Positions 35,244 to 45,107 of a stretch of DNA of 64,000 nucleotides are shown here, one piece after another. This stretch comes from a virus. The position numbers and the translations under genes are program-made. Location of the stretch: the IMG/VR virus record IMGVR_UViG_3300043185_000079, one strand, 5' to 3'. Numbering within the stretch: the stretch's first letter is position 1; the number at the start of each line of letters is the position of its first letter. The notes under the pieces were generated by a model, which worked only from the letters and a program-made list of their open reading frames with translations, made no database searches and was not told the DNA's origin.

Positions 35244-36122
35244 ATGTCGAACGGAATCTCCAACGAGGTCAAGCAAAAGCTGATCAGCGAGTACATCAAG
35301 ACCCCAGCCGGTCGTGCCAAGCTCGCTGCCAGCCTCACCCAGCCTCTCCGCCTGCGGAGAGACTACACATCGGTCGGCCGCAAGACCTTCCTGGTCGAGC
35401 AGCTGCCGGACGGCGCCCTCCCCATCTACGACAAGGACCCGGATGTCACCGCGTTCATCGTCGGCGAGGAAGGGCAGAACATCGTGGCGGTCACCAAGCC
35501 GCGCCGCGTCATCTTCCCGCTGTTCGAGATCGCCTCGAACCCGGAGATCCCGCTCACCCAGATCAAGGAGCGCCGTTTCGACCTCATCGAGCGCGCCCAG
35601 GACCTGGCCCGAGCGCAGATCCAGGCGGCGGAGGATGAGCGCGTTTTCGCGGTCCTCGATGCCATCGCAACCAACGGCTTCGACTCCGTCCCGGGCGGGA
35701 CCAACCCCGACATCCCCGTGGTGGCGCCGATCTCGGGAGCGGTGCTCGCGGATGCCTTCGCCCTGATCGAGCGGCATGATCTCCGGGTCGCACGCGTCTA
35801 CATGAACGCGCGCGATTACGCGGACATCCGCAAGTTCGGGCGAGACATCCTCGACATCGAGAGCCAGGCCACGTTGCTCAAGACCGGCCTCCAGGCGACC
35901 CTCTGGGGCGCCCAGGTCATCACGAGCCGCATCGTGCCGGCGGGCACGGTGTACGTGTGCTGCGAGCCTGAGATGTTCGGTCGCATTCCGGTGCGTACCG
36001 AACTCACCGTGCTCTCGGCGGACGACCCGAAGGCGCGAACCATCGGGTTCTCGGTGTTCGAGAATCTCGGCATCGGGGCCTACAACCCGCGTGGTCTGAC
36101 ACGGCTCACCGTCACCCGCTAG
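35244..36122 (+). CDS. major capsid protein (HK97 fold)
   Basis: 292 aa; EIASNPEIPL..ERAQDLARAQIQAAED, YMNARDYADIRKF, GLQATLWGAQV; strong codon bias; followed by a terminator. Confidence 0.8.
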   Translation: MSNGISNEVKQKLISEYIKTPAGRAKLAASLTQPLRLRRDYTSVGRKTFLVEQLPDGALPIYDKDPDVTAFIVGEEGQNIVAVTKPRRVIFPLFEIASNPEIPLTQIKERRFDLIERAQDLARAQIQAAEDERVFAVLDAIATNGFDSVPGGTNPDIPVVAPISGAVLADAFALIERHDLRVARVYMNARDYADIRKFGRDILDIESQATLLKTGLQATLWGAQVITSRIVPAGTVYVCCEPEMFGRIPVRTELTVLSADDPKARTIGFSVFENLGIGAYNPRGLTRLTVTR

Positions 36123-36136
36123 TCTGCGGGAGACGT

Positions 36137-36176
36137 GAAGAGGCTCGCTCCATCCGGGGCGAGCCTCTTCTTGATT
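36137..36176 (+). terminator. rho-independent terminator
   Basis: GAAGAGGCTCGCTCC-ATCC-GGGGCGAGCCTCTTC 15-bp stem followed by TTGATT. Confidence 0.8.
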
Positions 36177-36219
36177 CCGAGAGTTTTCGTGTGCTTAGAC
36201 TTTCGGGTACTGTGGCGGC

Positions 36220-37203
36220 ATGCGTCCCGTTCCGTGTCCGGTCTCAGAGGAGCGTCTGCGCAGTCTCTACCTCGTCGAGAAGGCCACCGACGCGGAGATC
36301 GCTGTCTGCGTCGGTGGTGGAGCGACGCCGGCACGCGTGGCTTCGTGGAGGAAGCGACTCGGGATCCGCACTCTCCAGAGGTGGGAGAGGAACTTGGTGT
36401 CGTCGATTGAGGGACGCCTGCGCTCCATCCTGCTGGGTTCGATGCTTGGCGATGGAAGGCTCGTCCGTCGTCCCCACTCGACCTACTACAGCGAGTGTCA
36501 CGAAGAGGAGCAGCTTCCCTATCTCAAGTGGAAGATGGAGGAGTGGGGTTCCTGGGTGGCGGTGGAGCCCAAGCTCAACGTCAAGATCAAGGAGGGAAGG
36601 ACCTACCGCTCATGGCGGTTCCACACCAAGGCTCACGCCTCTCTGAATGAGTGGCAGGCCCTGTTCTACGAACGGCAGGACAAGGGGTGGAAGCGGCTGG
36701 TGCCGGACATCGTGGAGATGGTGGACGACCTCGCGCTGGCTGTCTGGTACCTGGACGACGGCTTCTGCGGGTGGTGGCCCGACCTCATTTTCGGGGCAGA
36801 CGCTGGGAGCCGTTCTGTCGCGTGCTCCATCTTTGAGAAGTTCGGCCTGAAGCCCCGGTGGCATTTGGCGAAGGTTGCCCCCTCCGGGCACGAGACGGGG
36901 ACCTTTCACATGGAGCGTGAGGACACCGCGGAGCGGTTCCTTGAGATTGTACGACCGCACGTGCCATCCTGCATGTTGTGGAAAATCGATGGATTCGGGT
37001 ACGCGTCGGGGCGGAACAACACGATCAAGCGACGGCTCGACCGAGGTCTCCTGCGCGAACTTGCATCCGAGGGAGTGTCGCTCCGTCAGATGGCAGAGCG
37101 CCTGGGTGTGGGAAGCTCGACGATAGACCGTCACCTGCGAAGGTACGGCATCGAGCATCCGCGCTTGAAGGGAAACCCTCGATATCGGGAGGTGGGAGCA
37201 TGA
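36220..37203 (+). CDS. free-standing LAGLIDADG endonuclease with terminal HTH domains
   Basis: LLGSMLGDG, LAVWYLDDG; C-terminal SLRQMAERLGVGSSTI. Confidence 0.85.
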   Translation: MRPVPCPVSEERLRSLYLVEKATDAEIAVCVGGGATPARVASWRKRLGIRTLQRWERNLVSSIEGRLRSILLGSMLGDGRLVRRPHSTYYSECHEEEQLPYLKWKMEEWGSWVAVEPKLNVKIKEGRTYRSWRFHTKAHASLNEWQALFYERQDKGWKRLVPDIVEMVDDLALAVWYLDDGFCGWWPDLIFGADAGSRSVACSIFEKFGLKPRWHLAKVAPSGHETGTFHMEREDTAERFLEIVRPHVPSCMLWKIDGFGYASGRNNTIKRRLDRGLLRELASEGVSLRQMAERLGVGSSTIDRHLRRYGIEHPRLKGNPRYREVGA

Positions 37204-38129
37204 GCCTCGACGACCTCACCGTCGAGGAGTTCAAGCGCCTCTACTATGAGGAGCTGTTCACGGAGGCGGAGATCGCCGATCGACTCGGCACTTACCAGGT
37301 TGCCATCAACCGTTTTCGGAATCGACACCAGCTGCCCGCGCTCGGGAAGACAGGCCGTATCGAGCGACAGCTGCCCGATCTCACGGACCTTCAGCGGAAC
37401 ATCCTCGTTGGATCTTTGCTGGGGGACGGCAGCATGGCTGCACCGAGCCCGATCACCGCGAGGTTCTCCGAGGGACACAGCTTGGCGCAGAGATCCTACA
37501 CGGATTGGAAGGCCGAGATCCTGGCTGACTATGTCTCGCAGAGGTACGAGAGCGTCAAGCACAAGGACGGTCGCACTTACGAGTCGTGGAACTTCGCGAC
37601 GAGGACGACGACGAGGCTGCGTCCGTACTTCGACCTCTTCTACGGATCGGGGGTGCGGGTGTTTCCTGACTCGCTGCCTACGCTGATGAATCCTCTCGTG
37701 CTGGCCGTCTGGTACCTTGACGATGGCGGGATCATGCAGAAGTTTCATCCGCGGATCGCCTTCGGCCTCGACGATCTGAGCCTCGAGCGCGCGCTGGCCG
37801 GGCTCCGAGCGCTAGGATTCCGTCCGACAGTGCACGAAGAGCAGAAGTGCCGGACGATCGCCTTCCCGGGCCAGGATCTGCGATTCTACGACATGGTGCG
37901 CCCCCACGTCCCACCCTGCATGGCGTACAAGCTGCCTGTGCTCAGTTCCCGCAAGATCAAGGACGAGAACGCCCGACGGTTGACGGTCGATGTCGCGCAG
38001 CACCTCGCCGCGCAGGGCATCTCCGTCACGGAGATAGCCAGGCATTTCGGTGTCGGGCGCGCCACGGCCAAGCGTCGCCTCGACGGAGAGATTCCGAAGA
38101 GGATGGGACGTCCCGCGAGGAATCGGTGA
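37200..38129 (+). CDS. free-standing LAGLIDADG endonuclease with terminal HTH domains (paralogue)
   Basis: LVGSLLGDG, LAVWYLDDG; SVTEIARHFGVGRATA; ATGA coupling. Confidence 0.85.
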   Translation: MSLDDLTVEEFKRLYYEELFTEAEIADRLGTYQVAINRFRNRHQLPALGKTGRIERQLPDLTDLQRNILVGSLLGDGSMAAPSPITARFSEGHSLAQRSYTDWKAEILADYVSQRYESVKHKDGRTYESWNFATRTTTRLRPYFDLFYGSGVRVFPDSLPTLMNPLVLAVWYLDDGGIMQKFHPRIAFGLDDLSLERALAGLRALGFRPTVHEEQKCRTIAFPGQDLRFYDMVRPHVPPCMAYKLPVLSSRKIKDENARRLTVDVAQHLAAQGISVTEIARHFGVGRATAKRRLDGEIPKRMGRPARNR

Positions 38130-39343
38130 AATCGTACCTCGACGTCGACGTCCATGCCGCCGCCATTGAGAGGCTCCGAGAGGTTTTCGCGAACTTCACG
38201 AAGGTCTACATCGCCTTCAGCGGCGGCAAGGACAGCGGGGTCCTGCTCAACCTGACCGTTGAAGTCGCCAAGGAAGTCGGGAGACTACCGGTCGACGTCC
38301 TCTACGTCGACCTTGAGGCACAGTACGCGCACACGGCCGACTACGTCCAGCGAACGTTATCCAGGCCCGAGGTGCGTCCGCACTGGATCTGCCTTCCCCT
38401 GCATCTTAGGAACGCGGTCAGCCAAGTCCAGCCTCACTGGCTGTGCTGGGACGAGCAGAAGCGCGACGCGTGGGTACGCGCGATGCCCGAGAACACTGGC
38501 GTGGTAAGCGACCCGAGCACGTTCCCGTTCTTCCGACGGGGCATGGAATTTGAAGAGTTCGTCCCGGAGTTTGGCGAGTGGCTCGCAGCGAGCGAGAACA
38601 CCGCCTGTCTCGTAGCGATCCGCAGTGATGAGAGCCTCAACAGGTACAGGACGATCAGGAATGAGGCGAAGGAGACCCTGGAAGGGCGGCCGTGGACGAC
38701 GCGGGTGACAGACCACGTCTGGAGCTGCTACCCAATCTATGACTGGAGGACCGAGGACATCTGGACGGCCAACGGTAAGTTCGGGTGGGACTACAATCGG
38801 ATCTATGACCTGATGCACCTCGCTGGGCTCTCATTGCACCAGATGCGGCTTTGTCAGCCGTATGGCGATGACCAACGGAAGGGGTTGTATCTCTTCAAGA
38901 TGCTCGAGCCGGAAACGTGGTCGAGGGTCGTCGCGAGGGTCGAGGGAGCGAATTTCGGAAACCGCTACAGCAGGACGCAGTCGCACGTGATGGGGAATTT
39001 CAGGGTCTCTCTTCCGCCGGGGCACACCTACGAGAGCTACGCCAAGTTCCTTCTCGACACCATGCCGCCCTACTTGGCAGCCCACTATCGTCGGAAGATC
39101 GACAAGTTCTTGACTTGGTGGTACACGCACGGAGCCGAGCGGGGTTGTCCGTGTCCGGGGAGGATTCCCGACCAAACGGACCCGAGGCTGGAGAGCAGGC
39201 GCGCCGTCCCAAGCTGGCGGAGGATCGCCAAGGTGCTGCTGAAGAACGACTACTGGTGTAAGGGCTTGAGTTTTGCGCAGACGAAGCGGGAGATGGAGCG
39301 ACAACTAGCACTGATCGCCAGTTTCTCGGAGGGGAACGGGTGA
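38126..39343 (+). CDS. PAPS-reductase/DUF3440 family protein (IbrA/YbdN-like)
   Basis: PP-loop FSGGKDS, PIYDW, MRLCQPYG, WRRIAKVLLKNDYWCKGLSF. Confidence 0.85.
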   Translation: MKSYLDVDVHAAAIERLREVFANFTKVYIAFSGGKDSGVLLNLTVEVAKEVGRLPVDVLYVDLEAQYAHTADYVQRTLSRPEVRPHWICLPLHLRNAVSQVQPHWLCWDEQKRDAWVRAMPENTGVVSDPSTFPFFRRGMEFEEFVPEFGEWLAASENTACLVAIRSDESLNRYRTIRNEAKETLEGRPWTTRVTDHVWSCYPIYDWRTEDIWTANGKFGWDYNRIYDLMHLAGLSLHQMRLCQPYGDDQRKGLYLFKMLEPETWSRVVARVEGANFGNRYSRTQSHVMGNFRVSLPPGHTYESYAKFLLDTMPPYLAAHYRRKIDKFLTWWYTHGAERGCPCPGRIPDQTDPRLESRRAVPSWRRIAKVLLKNDYWCKGLSFAQTKREMERQLALIASFSEGNG

Positions 39344-40320
39344 CTTTGAGTCAGGTCGATTTCCTCCGGCGTGCGCAGGCGCGCCATGGCGACCGGTACG
39401 ACTATTCGGAGAGCCGGTATACGAGGAAAGATCTGAAGATCGTGATCCGTTGCCCAACGCATGGCAAGTTTGAGCAGCGCCCTGACAATCATTGGAATGG
39501 CCATGGGTGTCGCAAATGTGTGCATGATGAGTGGGCGGCCCATCGTCGGAAGTCGACGGAGAGGTTTATCAAAGATGCCCACACAGTGCATGGAGATAGG
39601 TACGATTACGGACTGGTGTGCTATCAGAAGAGCAACGAGAAGGTTCAGATAGGCTGTATGGTCCACGGGGTTTTCGAGCAGACGCCAAACCAGCACCTGA
39701 GGGGAGATGGTTGTCCGCGGTGCGGGGGAACCGTGAGGCTCACGACGGACGAATTCGTACGACGAGCCCGCTTGTTGCACCGAGATCGCTACGGGTACGA
39801 TGCAGTCGACTACATCAACATGACCACGAAGGTGACGGTAACGTGCAAGGAGCACCAGGGATTTTTGGTTACTCCAGCCAACCACCTTTTTGCTAAAAAC
39901 GGCTGTCCCCTATGTAGGAAATCTAAGGGGGAGATGGCTGTCGAGGAGTGGCTGGAGGACCATGGCGTTGTGTACCAGTCCCAGAAGAGGTTCTCTGCCT
40001 GTCGACATAAACGGCCCCTCCCTTTCGATTTCTACCTCCCTGTGCTCGGTCTTCTGATCGAGTTCGATGGGGATCAACATCGGGGGAATCTTGCTTCGTG
40101 GTCCGATTTCTCGCGCGAGGAAGTTCAAAGGCGAGATGAGATCAAGACTCGATGGTGTAGATTGAACCGGAAACTGCTTCTGCGAATATCGAGAATCAAC
40201 GCCGTGGCACCGTCTTTGAGGGCGGCGGTTCTGGGCACTGCTTCAACAAAGGTGGGCTACCGTGTGCTGGAGGATTTTGAGGCGCAGCGGCGTACTTTTG
40301 AGAGGCAGGAGAAGGCATGA
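39340..40320 (+). mobile_element. putative homing endonuclease (3 x DUF723-like Zn repeats + PD-(D/E)xK/Vsr-like domain)
   Basis: HGDRYDY..C..HG.F.Q.P..H..G.GC..C three times; LPFDFYLP..IEFDGDQH; more AT-rich codons. Confidence 0.75.
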
Positions 40321-40934
40321 GCGAGATTGTTGACAAGCTGCGAGGGCTACTGGCTGCGGCCGGGGAATTGTCCCTGGATGATCGTGTGGAGATCTTCAAT
40401 GAAGTCTCCCAGACGATGAAGAAATTCCTAGGTCTTCCACATCCGGTGACTGGCGTGAAATTGGTACGGATTGACACGGTTCGCGGCAACGATTACAACC
40501 CGAACGTGGTGGCCCCGCCGGAGATGCGCCTCCTGCAGCACTCGATCCGCAAGGACGGTGTGACGATGCCGGTGGTCGTCGCGCGGGATCCCGAGACTGG
40601 GCAGAACGTAGTGGTGGACGGTTTTCACCGGACGACCGTGATCAAGACGTGCCCCGACGTCCACGAGAGTCTGGGGGGTTATGTACCCGTCGTCGACCTC
40701 GACAAGACCCTGGAAGATAGAATGACGTCGACGGTGCGGCACAACTTGGCCAGAGGGACACATCAGGTGGAATTGAGCGCCAAGCTGGTGACGGCGCTGA
40801 CGAAGCACCACTGGTCCAACGAGAGGATCAGCGAGGAACTCGGCATGGACCCGGACGAGGTATTGAGGCTCAAGCAGATCACCGGGTTGGCCGAGGCGTT
40901 CCGAGATCGCGAGTTTTCCAAGGCATGGGAGTGA
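40317..40934 (+). CDS. ParB/Srx-domain protein (IbrB/YbdM-like)
   Basis: NDYNPNVVAPPEM, VDGFHR, STVRHNLARG, ELGMDPDEVLRLKQITG. Confidence 0.85.
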   Translation: MSEIVDKLRGLLAAAGELSLDDRVEIFNEVSQTMKKFLGLPHPVTGVKLVRIDTVRGNDYNPNVVAPPEMRLLQHSIRKDGVTMPVVVARDPETGQNVVVDGFHRTTVIKTCPDVHESLGGYVPVVDLDKTLEDRMTSTVRHNLARGTHQVELSAKLVTALTKHHWSNERISEELGMDPDEVLRLKQITGLAEAFRDREFSKAWE

Positions 40935-41019
40935 CTTGTGTGTTCCTCCCCCCTCGGACCAAGCTTGGAGCGTTGCGGATCTAGTGTGTTGGGTTCCGAC
41001 CAAGAGAGTAGAAGTGAGG

Positions 41020-41520
41020 ATGCCAGATGCGCTCGCCCAAATCCGAAAGTTCCGACGTGACGCCGAAAACCCCGACCGCGACCACCTCGCGGGCATCGAC
41101 ATGCTTCGGGGGTGGCTTCGCGGGCTGCACATCGACGTCGTGATCGGCCACGACACTGCACAGGACATGACGCAGGACGAGATCGCCGCGCGGCTCGGCG
41201 AACATCCCCGAGGTCACGAGCGGTTCGCGAAGATCGACCCGGCCTGGAGGCCACCGTCGCTCTTCAACCTTCACCGTGATCCGGGAGCGCGATGGGAGCA
41301 CGGAGTTCCGCATGATCCGAGGTCGCTTGAGTTGTTCGAGTCCGTCAGCAGGATCGACTTCTCAATGTGCGCCGACTACTTCCATTGGAAGTGGGGAGGC
41401 GATGGAGACAACGGGGAGACGCTTATGTACCAGCTCGATGAGCACTTTCAGCGTCTCGATGAAAGTGTCTATTCAGTCGGTCTACTTGCCCCAAGCAGAG
41501 ATGGCCATCCTCGTCATTGA
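41020..41520 (+). CDS. hypothetical protein
   Basis: GAGG RBS; WKWGGDGDNGE motif; start uncertain. Confidence 0.5.
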   Translation: MPDALAQIRKFRRDAENPDRDHLAGIDMLRGWLRGLHIDVVIGHDTAQDMTQDEIAARLGEHPRGHERFAKIDPAWRPPSLFNLHRDPGARWEHGVPHDPRSLELFESVSRIDFSMCADYFHWKWGGDGDNGETLMYQLDEHFQRLDESVYSVGLLAPSRDGHPRH

Positions 41521-41698
41521 CCTCATCGACCATGTGAAGGACGTGAAGGAACTCGAGAGGATAATCTCGCGCTGGGTCTTCGATCCCGATGCACCGTCCG
41601 ACGAGGTCCCCGTCGAGGTGGAGACGGCATGGCGGCTCTTGATCTATCTCAAGGGCGGCAACAGCTACCCAAGTACACGGTCGCGAAACCATAGCTAG
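41501..41698 (+). CDS. hypothetical protein
   Basis: Good codon usage; short overlap with upstream gene. Confidence 0.4.
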   Translation: MAILVIDLIDHVKDVKELERIISRWVFDPDAPSDEVPVEVETAWRLLIYLKGGNSYPSTRSRNHS

Positions 41699-41909
41699 GC
41701 CGTCCGGAACACCAATCGCCATCTCGCTTGTCGGCCTGGGTAAGGCGTCGCTCAACGCGGGCCCGGCGAATTGCTGATCCGAACGTGAACTCCTAGCATC
41801 CCCTTCAGCCAGCCGACCGTCTTGAGCACCGCCTCGCGCAGGCCTCTGGAATCGCGGGATGCTGTGAGGCCTTAGTCTCTCTATGGGTTTCCGCCGTGCA
41901 GGAGACCGC

Positions 41910-43289
41910 ATGCGAGAGGCCCGCCAGAAGGCTCGGACGCCGGAAAGAGCCAAGCAGCTTTTCGAGGAGTATCGTCGAGAACACCCGGCGACTGAATTAT
42001 CACCTCGGGACTTCCTGGAGGCCGAGAGGCCCAAGACGCCCTCCGGGGCGCCCAAGACGCCGGAGGACGCCTTGCTCCGAGAGCGCAGGCAGGACATCCG
42101 ACAGAGGCGTCCCACTGACCTGCGCGGATACCCCCCGGACGTCCAGCCCCGCAAGCTCAAGCCCAAACATCGCGAGGAGATCAAGGAATACAACCTTGAG
42201 GTCGTCGGCGATGACGCCGTCCAGGCCGTCGACATTGCGAGGAAGGTCCGCGAGGGTATCGAGAGGGGTGCGGACATCTGCAAGTTGTCTCCACCTGTGT
42301 GCGTGGGCAACAAGGGCCTCACGCGGGACAAGATGCCGCAGATCGAGGGCGGGAAGTCTGTCGCCGAGATGCTGAAATCCGACGATGAGGGCGACAGGGC
42401 GAAGGCTCGCGCGATGGTGGAGGCTGGGGCAGACCCGGATGATGATCGCCCGATCCTCGCGCAGCTCCTCGCGCACTTGGACCGCAACGGGGTCGGGACG
42501 TCCGAGACGAGCGTCTCCGTGGGACGGTTGAAGGCGACGCAGAAGGAGATTAAGGCTGAGAAGACGTTCAAGATGGCCGATGCCCATCTGCGGGGGAGAT
42601 TTCCGGGGATCGGTGACACGGTCGTCATATCGCGCGACGGTTACGTTCTCGACGGCCACCACCGATGGGCGGCCCTGATGACGATCGATCCGTCGCGCAA
42701 GATGCGAGTCAAGGTGATCGACATGGACATGGATGACCTGCTTGCCGAGGCGGCGGCGTTCCCCGGTGTCTACCGGGCTGACTTCGAGGGTGACCCGCTG
42801 GCGAAGGACGAGCAGGAAAAGTACAAGCGAGAGCACGAGTCTCGGTACAAAGGGCGTAAGAAGTCAGCCTTCGTCGAGCGCGTGCTCGGGCTGGCTCGGC
42901 GGAATCCGAAGATCATGGCCGCACTGCATCGCGAGATGAAGAGAGTGGCTCGCGACGGACGAGATCTCAGGTCTCTGCAGTCGAGAGCCGCAGAGTTCTG
43001 GCAGGACCTCCACCACGTGCTCGCGCACAGGTGGGGGATGGCGACGAAGGTCAAGGAGCGGGCTCCGTATCGCTACGTCGTTGTCCGCAGGGACGGGGAG
43101 AGCGTCCTCAGGTACGACCTGGATGGCGACGAGGACGGCAACTTCGACGTGACCGTGCGGCTCCTCGATCCCTCCGACCGCGGCGGCAACAAGTTCGTCA
43201 AGGCTCTGCACGAGGTCCGCATCGGTCCGTCTATCGACGGCCTCGTCGATCTCGTAGAGAAGATGACGGAGAAGGTCGTCGCGGGGTAG
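41910..43289 (+). CDS. ParB/Srx-fold protein with internal-protein motifs
   Basis: LKATQKEI..VVISRDGYVLDGHHRWAA; KKSA|FVERVLGLARRNPKIMAALHREMKRVA. Confidence 0.7.
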   Translation: MREARQKARTPERAKQLFEEYRREHPATELSPRDFLEAERPKTPSGAPKTPEDALLRERRQDIRQRRPTDLRGYPPDVQPRKLKPKHREEIKEYNLEVVGDDAVQAVDIARKVREGIERGADICKLSPPVCVGNKGLTRDKMPQIEGGKSVAEMLKSDDEGDRAKARAMVEAGADPDDDRPILAQLLAHLDRNGVGTSETSVSVGRLKATQKEIKAEKTFKMADAHLRGRFPGIGDTVVISRDGYVLDGHHRWAALMTIDPSRKMRVKVIDMDMDDLLAEAAAFPGVYRADFEGDPLAKDEQEKYKREHESRYKGRKKSAFVERVLGLARRNPKIMAALHREMKRVARDGRDLRSLQSRAAEFWQDLHHVLAHRWGMATKVKERAPYRYVVVRRDGESVLRYDLDGDEDGNFDVTVRLLDPSDRGGNKFVKALHEVRIGPSIDGLVDLVEKMTEKVVAG

Positions 43290-43556
43290 AACGCCCCGAT
43301 GGATAGGCTCAAGGGTCCGGCACTCCTACTCGCGGCTCGCCATACGGCTCCGCGAGATGGCGGCCACGCATGCCGGCTATCGTGTCACGTTCCAGGACGA
43401 GGACACGTGCGTGGGACGGGGGGGTCGGTCGGCCCCCGTTCGCGTCGCCCGCCTGTCCGTGTTCGTCCCGCAGCCGGCCTTCCGCAGGGCTCTGGAGAGC
43501 AATCCAGGCTTCGCCATGGCCCTGGAGCAGGGGCCGTCATCGGACAGGGAGAGCTG

Positions 43557-43574
43557 ACGTTCCACGTGGAACGT
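43557..43574. promoter_or_regulatory. parS: parS-like centromere palindrome
   Basis: Perfect 18-bp palindrome ACGTTCCACGTGGAACGT whose core matches chromosomal parS GTTCCACGTGGAAC. Confidence 0.75.
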
Positions 43575-43615
43575 GTTTCCCCGTGCTGTCCCGTATTTTC
43601 AGGAGAAAGCCTCCG

Positions 43616-43855
43616 ATGAGCTATCGCGTCTGGGACAAGATCAACAGCGATGAGGAGCACGCCGAGGAGGTCGAGGCCAACTCGCCCGAGGAGGCGGCCG
43701 AGCGGTACGCCGAGGACGACGTTGACGGGAACATCGACGGAATCTACGTCAACGGCCACGTCCTCCGCGTCCGCGATCCCGAGGGTGTCCTCCATGAGAT
43801 CGCCGTGACGGTCGAGTTCGACCCTGTCTACTACACAAGGAAGGTAGGGGAATGA
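43616..43855 (+). CDS. acidic hypothetical protein
   Basis: AGGAG RBS; EVEANSPEEAAERYAE. Confidence 0.6.
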   Translation: MSYRVWDKINSDEEHAEEVEANSPEEAAERYAEDDVDGNIDGIYVNGHVLRVRDPEGVLHEIAVTVEFDPVYYTRKVGE

Positions 43856-44235
43856 CTGAGCACGGCGCGAGCGTTTCGGTTTTCCGGCGAGCCGTACAGA
43901 AGGCACAGGAAAAGCCGGAGGTAGGAGGTTCGGCCTTCAGGACGCACTTGGCTTGTGTCTTCGGAGAATGTGCCTCGTCATTCTCGAAGGACTTACTGGA
44001 GCTGCTGTACGACGTATGGCTGTTGGGAGTCAAGATCGGGGAGGGCACCGCATGCGAGGCATGCGGGAACATAGGTGACGTGCAGCCTGAGGATTCCCGC
44101 ACGATGTACGAGTGGAACGGAGACGGCGATAATCCAAACAGCCCAATTCGCCTTTGCCGAGACTGTGCCGCAGACCACCACGCGAATTGGGATGAGACGT
44201 GGCGAGAGTACAAAGCCAGTCTCCTGTGGCGGTAG
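43852..44235 (+). CDS. zinc-finger hypothetical protein
   Basis: CEAC..CRDC; ATGA coupling. Confidence 0.55.
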   Translation: MTEHGASVSVFRRAVQKAQEKPEVGGSAFRTHLACVFGECASSFSKDLLELLYDVWLLGVKIGEGTACEACGNIGDVQPEDSRTMYEWNGDGDNPNSPIRLCRDCAADHHANWDETWREYKASLLWR

Positions 44236-44236
44236 C

Positions 44237-44461
44237 ATGGCAATCGTGGAGCGCCGCGAAGATGTTCTGTCGAGAATTCGCCGAGACGCCGATCTTGGGT
44301 ACTGCTACTGTGGGAGTAGATTCGTCGACCACGACTTTGACTGCCCACCGCTCGGCGAGAGGCGGTGCGGAGCGTGTGAGGGACGGGGAAAGGTTCGGAC
44401 CATTGGGACAGGTCAGCATCCGTGGCGGAGATGTTCGGACTGCGGCGGCCGTGGGTGGTGA
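44237..44461 (+). CDS. small DnaJ-type zinc-finger protein
   Basis: CGACEGRG and CSDCGGRG (CxxCxGxG twice). Confidence 0.55.
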   Translation: MAIVERREDVLSRIRRDADLGYCYCGSRFVDHDFDCPPLGERRCGACEGRGKVRTIGTGQHPWRRCSDCGGRGW

Positions 44462-44580
44462 GCCAGCCTATCGGACATCCTCAGCAAGTCATGGATGACG
44501 AACTTCCACGATCCTTTCCCCATCGACAACCTCAACCGAGCGGCATCCGTGGCATCAGGAGGCGCCGTCGCCCGCGGGAG

Positions 44581-45099
44581 ATGCCCAGCAGCCACTTGGC
44601 CTCCGGATTGGAGGGCAGGAGCGTGGGAGATAGGGGTGGGAAGGGCGTGTTTACCGTGCGTCGTGTCGTAGCCGGGGAGACCGTGGTCATCTTCGGTGGC
44701 ACGGTTCTATTGCTTGAAGATGCGAGGCGAGCCGGTTCTCGGTGGAGGTCCAGGACGATCCAGATTGACGATGACCGCTTTCTCTATTCGGTCGTCGAGG
44801 GTCCGGCCGACTGGATCAACCACTCCTGCAAGCCCAACTGCGGCATGCAGGGGCCCATCACGGTCGTCGCGATGCGCGACATCTCGCCTGGAGAGGAGCT
44901 GACATTCGACTACGCCACGGTCGACGGGGTCGCTTACGACGAGTTCGATTGTCTGTGTAACGAGCCGTCATGTCGAGGGCGGATCACGGGCGACGATTGG
45001 ATGCTTCCTGATTTGCAGGCCCGTTATGCCGGGTGGTTTTCCCCGTATCTCCAGCGGCGCATTGACGCTCTCGGGCGTCTCGGATGCAGCGGCACGTAG
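44581..45099 (+). CDS. SET-domain protein lysine methyltransferase with post-SET
   Basis: GKGVF, INHSCKPNC, GEELTFDY, CLCNEPSCRG. Confidence 0.88.
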   Translation: MPSSHLASGLEGRSVGDRGGKGVFTVRRVVAGETVVIFGGTVLLLEDARRAGSRWRSRTIQIDDDRFLYSVVEGPADWINHSCKPNCGMQGPITVVAMRDISPGEELTFDYATVDGVAYDEFDCLCNEPSCRGRITGDDWMLPDLQARYAGWFSPYLQRRIDALGRLGCSGT

Positions 45100-45107
45100 A
45101 AGGAACA

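Noticed and set aside
41699-41880. Possible structured RNA in the gap (AGGCCTC..GAGGCCT and CTAGGCCG..CGGCCTGG stems)
   Set aside because: Short GC stems are expected by chance at this composition, and no known family was recognised
43299-43619. ORFs 43299..43619 and 43357..43557
   Set aside because: Competing frames with no motif or convincing RBS; the region is treated as probably non-coding around parS
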